Positions 1 to 13,300 of a stretch of 64,000 nt of DNA are shown here, one piece after another. A program made the position numbers and the translations under genes. How positions within the stretch are numbered: the first letter of the stretch is position 1; every line of letters begins with the position of its first letter. This stretch comes from Tubiluchus corallicola (Eukaryota > Animalia > Priapulida): positions 33,749 through 97,748 of the forward strand of contig JAQGDQ010000775.1 in assembly GCA_030141605.1 (NCBI GenBank), given 5' to 3'. Below the pieces are notes generated by a model. It made no database searches. It worked only from the letters and a program-made list of their open reading frames with translations, and had not been told where the DNA came from.

Positions 1-555
1 TTACTTAATGAAAACACAAATTTACATAGTACTGACCCGATATTAATTTTTTTAACAATACAAATGCCCTTGCCCATAGTAAATATTATGACATAGATAA
101 ATTTAATGCCATGTCGACTATTAATCATACTATAAATGACAATTCATTTTCTATCATACACTTGAATATCCGCAGTGTAAAATACTAATCTCGACCACTT
201 TTCTGAGTATATTCATTCACTTAATTTAAATTATTCTATTATAGCATTAAGCGAAACTTGACTTTGTGATGATATAGGCTCTACAATTCGTTTACCAGGT
301 TATAATGCTGTTTTTATTAATAGGAAAATTAATAAAGGCGCTGGTAGAGTGGCATTGTTTATCAGAAATGATTTAACATATCTACTTCGTAAAGATTCAA
401 CTCTCTCTGAGGAAGATATCGAAGCCATTTTTTATTGAAATTGCTTGCAAAAACGATGAGAATATAGTTGTTGGCTCTGTATGTCGCCCTCCAGGTGAAT
501 GCCCACTCCAATTTACTGACAAAATATCGGATATTATAAGTAAATATTTAATATT
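1..555 (+). mobile_element. Decayed LINE (CR1/L2-like) apurinic endonuclease fragment
   Basis: Manual translation across frameshifts/stops gives FSIIHLNIRS..YSIIALSET*L..LPGYN..GRVALFIR..IVVGSVCRPP, the EEP endonuclease motifs of non-LTR ORF2. Confidence 0.8.
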
Positions 556-734
556 ATATCAAACAAAATGAAACTCAAAGCGAAAATTTTATAAAGCAAA
601 CTGAAAGTAAAAGAATTTGTCAAAACCAATCCAAACCGGAATTCAGATAGCCCATTCAATGCTGGGTGTTATAGGCACATTTAGATTACACAGGAGGCCG
701 TGGCATCCAGTAAATTTCATTTTCTGAACAAACT

Positions 735-890
735 CACAGATTTTTCGAAATTTTAACCAAACAGCTTGTAGAAAAATGTTCTAGTGGCGCCTAGTTGGAC
801 TCTCGGAAGGAGATATATAGGGCCTCTCTTTGAAAAGAGGAGGAACATGGCCATAAGGTAACGTTATATTTTAGGATGCTCCATCAAGAG
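735..890 (+). mobile_element. Internal fragment of non-autonomous Helitron family A
   Basis: Similar to 47310-47450 (+) and to the reverse complement of 32760-32900 and 56310-56460. Confidence 0.65.
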
Positions 891-946
891 ACAATTGGCT
901 TTTTCAAAAATGGCGTTCTCAATTATTTGCTAACGTTAGCCTACTT

Positions 947-1314
947 TCATCGCAAAAGATATGAATCAGGCAAAGGTCCATGGCCATTTTCCACAAATGC
1001 CTTTGACAATTCAGTGACATAATTATTAACACGTTGTTGAAATCCAGGAATGACGTGGTAATAATGAGTAAAGTACGTGTCGTTTAATGTGTATTGTCTT
1101 TTGATATGGTCCCCTGGGTACTTTTCTGCACAATGTAAACGTGATTTGTTCTGTCCTAGGAAGCTTAAGACTGCTTTCAACTCTCCAGTCAAATTCGACT
1201 TTAGTTTTTCGTAAATGACAACATGAATGTCTGCAGATGATTTCAACAGCCACCTGGTGTAAAAGCTGAACCAGCGGTTGAGCAGAAATGTACCGTTTAA
1301 AAACTCAAGCCATC
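947..1314 (-). CDS. WSCD-like sulfotransferase, last coding exon
   Basis: Acceptor tttcag ends at 1315; [42 protein letters not shown] at 947-949. Confidence 0.85.
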
Positions 1315-4300
1315 CTGAAACAGTAAGAAAATAAGAACAATTATCTAATGAGTTGGTAAAGCGTCGTTGCTTCAGTGTTTTGACAGATTATTAACACAAA
1401 ATTACTATTATGATCTTTAACACATATTATAATCTCTACTATAATCTTTGACTTTTCAGAAAGAAGCAAAATTATACGAATGTTAAAAACACTTCACAAC
1501 AACAAATTTGCATTCAGTATCAGAAAATAAGTGACGTTTGTGTTATTCTTATAAAATGTTTCATTGTTACTATCGTTACCAGAATGTTCATTACTATCTT
1601 CAATAACCTTATCATTATAATTGGCACTGTTGTTAAGGATACTAAGAAAAATCAGGTCATGAACCTAACAAAACTGCAAAATGAATCAAGTACTTACTGT
1701 ATAAAGCGTACGGACTTTTATAGTCTGGTACTTCTTCGTTATTGCGTATTTTGACAAAGAAAACTTGTCTTTTGAACTCCGCATACACGGCATCATAAGG
1801 GTTTCGAACCACAAGGACAGCGGCTGCAAAGTCTTTCAGTGTTTCGTTGTCAACAAGGTGCGTTTTAACAACAATCGTCTTTCCTTCAAACGGTTTTAGC
1901 CCTCTTGTACCCGGTGGAAAAGGAAAACTGCTTTTGCCTTTAAAATTATTAAAACTGACAGTTATTTGATCTGTTAATAGTTATTTTGAGTTCTGTCAAT
2001 AACAATAATCAGAAAATTGTGACAAAATGGCAAACCAGAAACTTTACATACCTAAAGGCTGGTTCATGCCTTTACCAGCATAAAAACTGTTTAAGGTACA
2101 GTACTTTAGAGATGACATGGTACAGATCGTCATGGCATGCATATTAATTGTCTAAAAATACCAGCAGCTGCAAAATGAAGAACATTTTTTCTTGTGATTT
2201 TTGAAAAAATGCACTTGTTGTGTATCCCGTAGGATACATTGGGGACAAATGGCTGTAATTCCCCTTCATAATAACAGACACAGGAATACACTGATGTGCA
2301 AAAACCTCTTTGCTAGTCCAATAATTAGCTTTTTGTTTAGTAAACTATGTTGATACTGCAACATTACTGTGTCAACATTGCCACTCTTGAGTCCCTTTCC
2401 AATTTATTCATTATACTGCTTCACTACAAATTAGAATGCAGACTATAGACAGCCTTGAAATCAAAAGGGATTTGGTCTGTTGGGACAATTCGCAGCAATC
2501 GGATTAGTGGGTGCTTGTTTCTTTCGGAAAAAGACATAAAAAAGAAGAGCCGTTGTACATATGATAGTAAAGTGGACATAATTTCTGGAATAAACGTTGT
2601 TCGCTGGTATGACAACAAGCCTGTAACATTGACTGCGACTCATTTTGGTGTAAATCCCGTCCAGAAGGTGAAACGATATGACAGAAAGCAAAAACAAAAA
2701 GTTGATGCAGATTGACCTGCAATTGTAAAAGAGTACAACATGCACATGGGGGCAGTATATCAGTTTGACATGTTGATGACTTTCTACAGAGTTGATCATA
2801 AAAGCACAAAGAGGCACTGAAGAGTACTCTTTTGGTGCCCTAGTGTTGCAATTGTAAATTGTTGCAAATGTACACCGCCATAGACAAAAACCTAAAGGAG
2901 TTAGTTGGTGTTCTGAAGTGCTGTACCTGGCAAGAATGTTAGATGTCCTACTTTTAAATAATGTTGTTAATGTCGATTAGGTCTGGGGCGATGAAGGGGT
3001 CGAGGAAACAAAAACTTAACTCACTGCTTGATATGTCACCAATTAAAATGAGCAGTGGGTTTATACCATTATAATAATCCAAGAAATATTTTATTAATCA
3101 GGTCCCTCAACCTGGATTGAAATACTAAAAAAAATCAATCCAACACCCGGTATGCTCTACGTGACGCATTTCTTCTAAGACCTAATCTACAGTTGTATAA
3201 TAGTTTTTTCCAAAACAAGAGTTCGCAGGTGGCATAATTTACCACCCCTTTTTTGCTTCTTAAATTCAGTCGATCTATTTAGCATAATAAGCAAATACTT
3301 ATGCATCAGTATATACATAAAGCAAGTATCTGTATAACATATATAAATCAAATTCTCGTTAATACAACAAAATTAAGATATAATTCTTGAATTTTTGAAT
3401 TGAGGCCAAAGAAGCAAAGCCTGTGTAAGGCCACCAGAATCAGTGGTGAGAAAAATATTTACAGGGGGCACAGTTAGTTGCAGTAAGTATGAGTTACAAT
3501 CGAAAACAGGAACTTTCCTTTCTGCATTTGAACTTTTGGTGAGTTCGTACTAAATCATATATATTATTATATATATATATTATAAGTAGTCATATATAAT
3601 CATATATATTATTATATATATTATATATTACTACTTATACTAAATATTATAAGTAGTGACATTTCAACAAATAGATTCATCGCCAATTTTTCACGTAAGA
3701 CAGTGTGCATCGATAATTGTTTACGGTCTCTCCTCTGTACTCTGTGTGCCTTGTATATTTCAATTTTAGGTGTTAACTAATAAATTATTTGTGTTTTTGA
3801 ACTTACTATCAATGTAACTATATTCAAGATAACCAGCTCCACGTGTCTGTTCTCAACTGAAATGTACTTATTGCATAGTGGAAGAACTCCGATCTGTAGT
3901 ATTACTATATATCAGTCCAATTAAAATAAAGTTCATGTATTAGTGATAAAACGGCAGAAGTTTTACACTCCTCTGGGCAAATACAATTTTCCTCCAGGGC
4001 AACCTAAATGCGCATCTGTTTAGCTTTGTAAAAATATATGGTTCTTACACGTTATTGACTGACTGCCCCTCTGTGTTAACAGACATAATTAAACTAAGTT
4101 TTGAACCCGTTGTGTGGTCACTGAAAAGCCCAACATAACAGTATTTCTGGCTGTTTTTGGTATTGCCTGCATAGTAGGGCCTTTATGGATTTAAGTGTCA
4201 CGGATTTGGCAATCAATGCAGAACAGACAACAAGACAACTGCGTCAAGGATAATGTCATTCATTCTAGTTGACTGCCTAATCAGCGTGCAAGATTTTTCA

Positions 4301-7300
4301 CACCCCTGCAGAGCTTTTCTAAAACCAGTGCTTTTGGCAGAGATAGCTGCAGCTGCCTATTACTGGGTATCTAGTACTGTTATGAAAAATGCTCAACTTT
4401 TCAATAGTAAGCGGGAGAAACATTGGACAGGTATAAAAGATCCAAACCAGCATGTAAAAATCACAGTCTGCGCACTTGTAAGTGGGTTTGCCCAGGTTGT
4501 AGTCGACTTTGGTAAAAAATTGTAATTAGCTAGTCGACATTGGTAAACAATAGTTGAGGCCTAGTCACAGAGCTGAACTCGATTGTCATGATTATGAGTA
4601 AGCCAGCACACTCACAGATACCAATATATTGGTAAAACGGTTTCAGAAATTTTTAGGCAAAATATATTATAGTTTTTATAAACCTCAATGAAATCTTCAC
4701 GGGCCAAATTAATTCGAATGTGGCAAAAAACTTAATTACAATTACAATGCACGTAATAAACACACTATTTACAAAAATATAATTACATACATATATAACG
4801 CTATAAAAACATATACGACTTTATTAAGAACACAATTATACAAGTCAAATTGAATAATTTAGCCTAATAACAGAACATCAAACTCGAATGTATAAACTCA
4901 ATGGTACAACATAAATATATACATAAACACAATTTAAAGCAAAACCCGGACCCAATCTTAAACAGTAGGTCAAAACAATCTATTCTTTAAGATACTGAAA
5001 GGGAACATACTATTTTTGTCAAAAATGTCTTACGAATTATTACCACACAAATACAATTTCACATTCGCGCCACTAGCTCTTCGCTCTTACATGTATTTCG
5101 CCATTCACTAATTAGATGGGAGTAGAGGAGACTGTCTCTTTTCCAGTGATTGAATTGCCCTGTAATTGCCCAATTAATACCTATTGTATTGCTTAATTGT
5201 TCTTTTGTTTTAAGGGAAATTAGTGCTGAGGGGTGGGATGAATTAGGGACCCTGCCCAGGGGTTAGGTACCGCCACTTCTCGTTGTCGGTGCCAAACACT
5301 CGTCAATGAGGGAAATCTTTTTTTGGGATCGTTGATGAAGGAAATCTTTTTTTGGGACTCTACCGTGGCGACGACGGCACCAACAGTGAATTGTCTTTTC
5401 TTCCACTTTTCTTCTCTACGGCACCGACGGAGAATTCTCCGCGACCGCTTTTCTTCTCATGTCGCCAAAGCCCCGTTTGTTGATAAATGACGATTTAATT
5501 ATTGTCTGCATTTATTTCAAACGACAAAGCCCGATAAATGCATTTTCGCAAATGTTTTTTATTGATAGAATACAAAAAAATTTTACATACATACATTATG
5601 ATGTCGTATATTACACAATATACTAAAACTAGATTAATGATGTCGCTATCGTGGAGAACATAGATTATTATCGACGAGCAATTGATACAGGCAAACATTA
5701 TTTCTGTTAAACACAAATTCGTTAAATTTGAGAAAAACGCTAGAGAAATCCTCCGCGTTTGTCCCGCCCATCATCTCTTTCATCTCTAATGGACACTCCC
5801 TTGATGCAGAAGAAACCTTGCCAAACTGTCATTCTCCACCGTGGCAACAACTGACATTCGTAGTATTCCTCGTTGTTGACTATTTCGTCCAGATGGAGGT
5901 TCATGCCGGGTTTGGTTGGACTCACTGCAAATGCTTGTTGGGGAAAGATGAAGAGTGGCACGGAGTCTGCTATCAGGAAAGACGTTCTGCCAGACAGTTC
6001 TATTTCAAAATCTGTATAAGTCATTTCCTCATTCAAGGCCATCAGTATTTCTTTTCGTTTACGAATGAGTTTCCCCATATTCCATCACGGTCAAAGATAC
6101 GTGCTTCCCTCTAGTGAGTGTTTCGCTAGTGGCATCATTCTTAGATCGACGCCGAAAATGAACCTATGAATAAAAGGACAAAATTTTTTAACGCCTTCCT
6201 GCCCCCTGACACCAAATAGGAAGAGGAAAACAATGTTTGACTATTCAAAATAGTAGAAAAATAATAATAATGAACATTTACTCACCTGATACTGTTCATC
6301 TAAGGATGAAAGTGATGTCGACAAATCGTATGTCAGAGGAAACACCATGGTGTCATTTTCCATCATCATCATACAGTAATGTTTTCTTCACTGACGAGAG
6401 AGAGAGAGATGTGCTCGTGTGCTATCTTCTCACCGTCCAAGGCAGATGTGGCAACTCCCTGTCAAAACACCACATTATATACGAGCTCTCTTCTGGTTAA
6501 CGCCAACCAACGGATGAATGCTGTCAACAATAGTGCAAGCGATGATGTCATGGCGTCTGTCCATCCACCCGTTTTCCTGCCACGAAGTCACGACGCGGTG
6601 TACTACATAACATCTATTGTGAAAAAAACATGTTTGAAAACGTCCAACTGCTGCAACCGTTTTTTCTGCAAGCCAAGTCGTATTATTTATTTATTTATTT
6701 TTTGATAAACATTTATAAAGGTAGGTCGATTTGTTTATTTGGTAATTACGATGGATCGAATTTATGATGCGAGATTGAAATTTGGTAGCACCATGTTGGT
6801 GGCCGGACCCAGTCGCGCCGAGAAAACCACTTTTGTAAAAAATTTAGTCCTTCATCGGAACGTGTTGTTTGACACTAAACCGGACAGGGTGTTGTGGATT
6901 TTGCAAACACCTCCTCCACTAGCCTCCTCTCGCGAAGAATTACAAGAAGTGGAGTACAGCGAGGACATAAATGTCGGAATACGTGCAGGAGATCTGGTGG
7001 TGGTGAACGACATGATGATGGAACTAGCCACTTCCAAGCGACTGACTGACATGTTCACAAAGCTAGCACACCACAAACCGTGTTTCGTGGTTTTCATCAC
7101 GCAAAATCATTTTCAACAGAGCAACGAATCGAGAACGCGCAGTTTAAACACCCACTACTTGGTGTTTTTCAAAAATCCACGCGACAAGATGCAGGTGGAA
7201 GTGTTGGGTAGTCAAATGTATCTGGGTAAATCGAAATCTTTTAGGGAAGCTTTCGAGCGCACCACCGCTGCACCCTTTTCTTACATGCTATTCGATTTGT

Positions 7301-10300
7301 GTCAGGAAACCGACGATGCCATTTGCATGAGAAATAACATATTTCCACACGAAGTGCCACAATTGGTTTTTCTTCCCCAAAAATGAGATCATTAAAATGG
7401 TGCACGCTGCACGTGTCATTGAATTACTAGCAGCGGTGAAAATGCCACAAGCTCGTATTAGACGTCATAAACCTTTTTTCAAGAAACTGGCTCGTGCCAA
7501 ACTGCGTGATAGGACGGATATGTTAAAGTGGGCCGATGCCGATGTGATTAATTTTTTGGCGGAATGCGCTCTCAACATACTACGCGGTAATGTGAAGTTG
7601 AAAACCAAACAGATAAAGGTATTGAGGGGACATTGTAATGCGCTGAGAAAGTTGGCACGCGCCGGTTCCACACTGAAAGACAGAAGACGAGCGTTAGTGC
7701 AAAAAGGCGGTATATTTCCAATCATACTTGGTGCCACCCCGTCTGCCGCCAGCGTGGCCATTACAGTGAAGACATTCTGCGATAAAAAAAGAAATAGAAA
7801 ATGTATTCTCAGATGGTTTTACTATAACAGGTGTAACAGGTTAAACTATGCGCGGTTCGTTCTAGACACACCTGCCGAGCAGAAAACTGTAGAAATTTAA
7901 CAGAAAATGGCGGAATTGTCTGCTCGAGGATTACCACCCGATGCGGAAAATAAGATGAGAAGTGAATTGATGCACGAGATCAAAGATTTGAAAAAGCCCT
8001 CCTCCACGGGCGAAGATGATGGAACCCGATTGATAGACACTCAAATAATCGAGGCATTACTCGGCAAGTACAAGAGCAGGGGATAAAAAATGCTCTCCTT
8101 TTTGAAGGCCTGTCGAACACACACCTGGTGGACTTGATAAATTATGCCACAACTAGCCAGAAGATGACTCCGCCTCGCGGTTGGTCCGACTTTTCTCAAC
8201 ATCTGAAAGAAATAAGTGTACCTATGGCTCTGTTGGGTAAAACGGCTAAGACAGAACTTGAGAGCTGGCAACAGCAGCAACAGCAGCGTGAAAGGTTGGG
8301 ACTGTCAATGCCCCTATCTTCTCTAGTAGCCGATGTCGAAACGACGACACTACCCCCACCACCTTCTAATAAACGAACCAGTCGAAAGTGTGGTCCTCAA
8401 CAGCAGCAACACAATTTCAAGGGGTTTATTCGTCTTCCGAACTACTACAGAGTGTTACAGTGAAGGAGCTACCAGCTAGCTATATTGTCAACACTCAACC
8501 CATCAATTTACCGGGTGAACACTGGGTGGCGCTCTATTTAGACACCTCTGGTCGCGGAGAGTTATTCGATTCTTACGGATTGGCACCCACCTATAGAATT
8601 AGGACATTTTTAAATATAAATCATAGAGGAAAATGGACTTTCATCACAAAAGCACTACAATCACCCATCCTTCCTACTTGCGGAGCATACGTTTTATGGT
8701 TTTGCTGTAGACGACCTTATTACGACTCTCTACAGCAGCTGCTGTGTAATTTCCAACCATTTTTTCTAGACAGAGAAGTGGTGTTGATGAAGCATTTATT
8801 TTCCGTTGGCGACAGAGGTGATGATGATGATGATCGCTACAAACCACACCAACGGTGATAATGTTGATGATGATGATGACGATGACAATGAATTTAATCA
8901 TGGTGGTGACACCGTGCACGTTGTATGTTGTATGTCACTAATCTCCATGCTGCACTATAACCCACATGTAAGGTCTCACTTACTCCCCCTGGTCTGCTAT
9001 AATCCCTCAATTAGCCAAAAAACACAGGAAATAATGCCACGGCAGGGGATTTAATTGAATTTTAAGTAGATATTAATTGGGCAATTACAGGGCAATTAAA
9101 TCACCCGAAAAGAGACATTCTCCTCTACTAACGGGCACTAGCACCTGCATTTCGGAAATGCATTGCACAAAAACAAGTGATGTACCTCTAAGTTCAGATT
9201 GTGTTAGCTTCTGACGAAGTACACGCGTTTGACAGCTCATGCATGAGCACAGCGGTAAATTTGAAATTTGAATTTTTATCTTAAAACTTGCTCAGTTTTA
9301 GTACAACACACTGAATATCTTACAGCAGCACTGTACTTCAATTTTCGCTTTCGCAAATTCGTGCAACACGCTCGTTGATTATTTTTGCTGCTGGAACTTA
9401 TGTTAGTTTGTGATGTCATCAGTAGTTGGGCTCTTCTGCCGTTAATTAAGTTTTTAGTCTATTGTTTTATTGTCAGAAGCGCTTTTGCAAGTATTCTCAC
9501 CTTTTTTACCAATCCGCCTGGTAGATCTATTATCTGTCAGCTGGTGAACCACTGAGCATTTCTTCCTGCTTCACCATGCGTTTCTCGAGCATAAGAGGTC
9601 TTTTACGCCAGTGGGTTGCTAGCACTATCCTGACAACCCTCCCGGGTTTGGGACCGGCACAGAGTTCAGCTGGATTGCTGGGCCAGTGACTGGTTTCCAG
9701 CTTTCAGTATTAATACTGCCAGTTTGCAGTATTGGTCGTATCAAAATGTATACTTTTATCGGACTTGAAAATGAATATGAAAAATGGGCAGTATATGAAA
9801 AATGATCCTGTCTTCCTGTAAGATAATTTCATAGACATAGTATTTAATTTACAAAAGTGATGTTAGTTATATATATATATATATATATATATAGTTCGTT
9901 TTTAATTTATAGTAATTACATCTAGTAACTGAAACATTTAAAACAAAATTAAAATCAATTTGGAGAATTTCATAATCATTTCAGCCTAATAATAATTTTA
10001 ATTTGTCATCATCTGATGAGTGAGTAAAGTTTGGATATAATGAGCTAATTTCTGTAAGAAGGGTGTTTCTTGTTGTCCAAATCTACTTTAGTGCAAGAGC
10101 ATTTCATCTTCTGTTTCTTGTTTGCTCGTATCTTATTGTGTGCAGTATATTTCATTGGCTGGGTTTTTGTTAGGTTTATGATGTCAACCTGTTTCTGTTG
10201 CAAGCGAGTGGAAGCTAATACGTAGTTTCGTGAAAGTAATTTTAGCATTACGAGTTGTAGTGTTAATTTTTAACTAATTTTCTAATTCGTAGCATTCTTT

Positions 10301-13300
10301 AACTTTGCAGTAGGTTCTTAATTTGTTTACGTCGTTTTTATTAGTGCTGTGAGTTCCGTTAATTTCCTCCTTCCAATTTTCGAGAAGCACTTTTGGAGTT
10401 TCTGTTTAGCGCTGTACAGTAATCGTTTGTTGTACAGTACGTTGGTTTTTCAATACATGTTCGAAGCTTGTTAAGCTTAGTAGACTTTTCACAAAATTTG
10501 CAGAGCTGAATATATTGAATATATATGTCTGTTTGACTTATAGTCTCAGAATATCTGTTTGTTTAGTGACGTTTTAGGTTTGTTGATTATTTCTAGCTAC
10601 CCTCGAAGTACTTGAAATTAACTGTACAACCAGAAAATATTTCCTTTCTCTAAGCATTTTTTCTTTGGTCGTTCCTTGTAGTTTTTGCAAAGGGTTTGCT
10701 TAAAGCTGGAGATAATAACGCCACAGTCATTTTTTGAGTCCTTTTTCCTTCGGCTTTTGTGAGTTGGTATTATTAGGCTTTCGGACCATTCTCTGCGATA
10801 TATATTTCCTGAGTAAAGTTTGTTGCCTAGATATGCTATATTTTTATGACTTCGTTTGACATGGCATCGTCGATTTATTGTTTTTCAGTGAGATTGCAGC
10901 TTTGATTGCTTCTTGGGGTTTTATTGTAAAATTCATCTCATTGAAAGTTGGAATTTGGTTGCATGTGTTTTCTTGTTGGTTATATAAAGACTAGATGCTA
11001 GTATTGTTTGTAGTGGCTAAACGTTGTGATTGGATCGACATCTAACATTAGTTAACCAGTGACTTTTTTAAGCTCTTTCCACAAAACATTGCAGTTTGTG
11101 TCCTTGTAATTGAGAATTTTTTTTTGTAAATTTGTTCTGTATTTTCTTGTTTTAGACTTTTAAATTTCTTTCGGCATCATTACACTGTTTTCTTATTGTT
11201 TGATTTGTATGAAATTTGGTTAGAAGTCTGAGTAGTGAATGTACTTTGTTTCGCATTGACGTGTATTCACTATCGAACCAAACCGTATTTCCTGGCTTTT
11301 TTTATATTTATTGTGTTAGGGTTACGTTTGATTCTAGGTTGTACATTAGTTATTTTTAGTATTCCAGCACAAATTTTTTGATATACGCTAGAGATAGCAT
11401 TACATGCTTTGTCGATATTCTGCTGCGATACATTGTAAATTTTGCTAGAAAAATTTCAATCTCACGTTTAATGTGATGTCGATTTAAAGCGTTAATGTAG
11501 TAACGGTATGCAACGTTCCATTTAATTTTTGCTGGTAACTGACGTAGATTAAATGCACTATTTTAGGAAGTGGTTGTTTCATAGAAAACGCTTGTTTATG
11601 CAAGTTTTAATTTTACAATGATCAGAAAATTTTTTTATCACTTACTTTAAATTATTCAGCGTTACGTAATAATTCAGCATCATTTACACAGTAGTCAATT
11701 ATTGATGTATCATTGGGCTTCTAACAGGTAAACCTGTGTGATAAATTGCCTAAACATCGGCCATTTAAAATTCTAGGTTGCTGACTTTTACATATTTCTT
11801 ATCGATTTGTACGGTAATTATCGGTCGGCTGCTTGTCTTGTGAGATTTTCGTGGGTAATTAGATTCTCGTACGTATAATTAGAGCGAGTTGGAATATAAT
11901 TCCCATAATGATCGCTAATAGAATCAATTTCGTTTGCGGTTCTAGAGCCAATCTATATAATTTTCCTAATTTACTGTATTTTTTACAACTTTTTCTTATA
12001 TTTCATTAATGTCGAATTCATTGCTTACTCATGACGCGAAAGGTGAGATGTATGTTGAACACAGATAGACATCCTCTACCAGATTGAAAAATTTTATCGA
12101 GTTTTAGCCAATTCATTTCTGAAAATTTTATCTCTTCCTAATTTTATCGCTTGCCATATTCAATGCGGCAATTTTACAGGAAGGCCTACATGGCAACTCT
12201 AGTTTACAATTAATGTTAATATGGATTTCAGTGCAAATTCACTAACTATGTTTCTTCAAATAAACGAAATTTGCTGCTCCCTAATTTTTCGTTTGGACAG
12301 TTAACATTAAAAACAGAAATTTTTAATTAAATTCTCAACTTTTGTATCTCGAGATTCTGTATCAACGTCTACCTGGGTTGTAAGATCTGTCACCACTACT
12401 TATATACCTTATATATCATCGTAATAGCTTATATATCAACGTAATATTAATTAATTCTGCACATTATTTTTGGTTTAAGCCATGGTTAAAAATACCCCTG
12501 GGAGCTGTGTAACTCGAGCAGTCAACATAAGGGTCGTCTATGGAATGGAACAATCAAGTTTATTCCTTTTCCGTAGCCTAACAAACAAAAAACAAACTGG
12601 ATAAATCTTGCAGATGAGCACGTGATCAGCAAAATATCGCAGACATGATCTGTTCGCATTTTCAAAGGCAAGAGGGATTTGATATTTTTGTTGCTCATTT
12701 ATGTTAAAACAAAGGCTTAGTTTCTGCATTTTGTAGTGCTTTGAAACTTCGTCTCTACATTCTGTTTAAATTTGAAAGACAATTTTTTGCTACTTGAAGT
12801 GTTAATTCCGTGTAAAAAAAACTGATGCTTTTCAAATTTGTGTTTATGAAAAAATCAATCAGTTTATCGGCTGATTAGACATTAGTTGTCATGTTGCTTA
12901 TTAAAGACAGTTGATATCCAACGTGAGCTGCTGTTACATATGCTTGACGACAACTAGCTGTACGCATTAGTGAAATTGTCAGTCAAGGGTTGCATACGGT
13001 ACTGTTTGTAGTGGACCTATAGGATGAGATTAGTGTTACAAATAGGGCTACTGGCAATAATCGAGAACTTCTTATACAATTGAGACTTTAGATATATTTT
13101 CTTCAGCAGCAAGTGCTTTAAGTGATATTTCGATATTTCCATATTGTTAACATCTTAGAATCCTACACTCTCTCAAACCGTTTTTTCATTTATCAGAAGC
13201 TGTTAAGCGTTGTTTGCTTAATATTGAATCCACCCATAGAAGCAACATGGCAGTAAGTACTTCGTATAATTAAGTGGTTGCGTTTGACTGTGAAGGCTTT

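Larger units (their letters stand above)
5121..9129. mobile_element. Miniature (internally deleted / non-autonomous) Polinton/Maverick or adintovirus-like element, 4009 bp
   Basis: 63-bp TIRs (5 mismatches) with AGTAG..CTACT ends; degenerate 6-bp TSD (GATGGG 5115-5120 / AACGGG 9130-9135, ancestral GACGGG); internal packaging ATPase and adenain-type protease. Confidence 0.92.

Noticed and set aside
6739-8858. Tightly packed intronless ORFs suggesting a bacterial or phage operon, or contamination
   Set aside because: The motifs are Polinton-type, and the block is bounded by TIRs and a TSD within a host repeat and a host intron.
9500-9700. GC-richer patch resembling an RTE 5' UTR fragment
   Set aside because: Too short and degenerate to support without a search.
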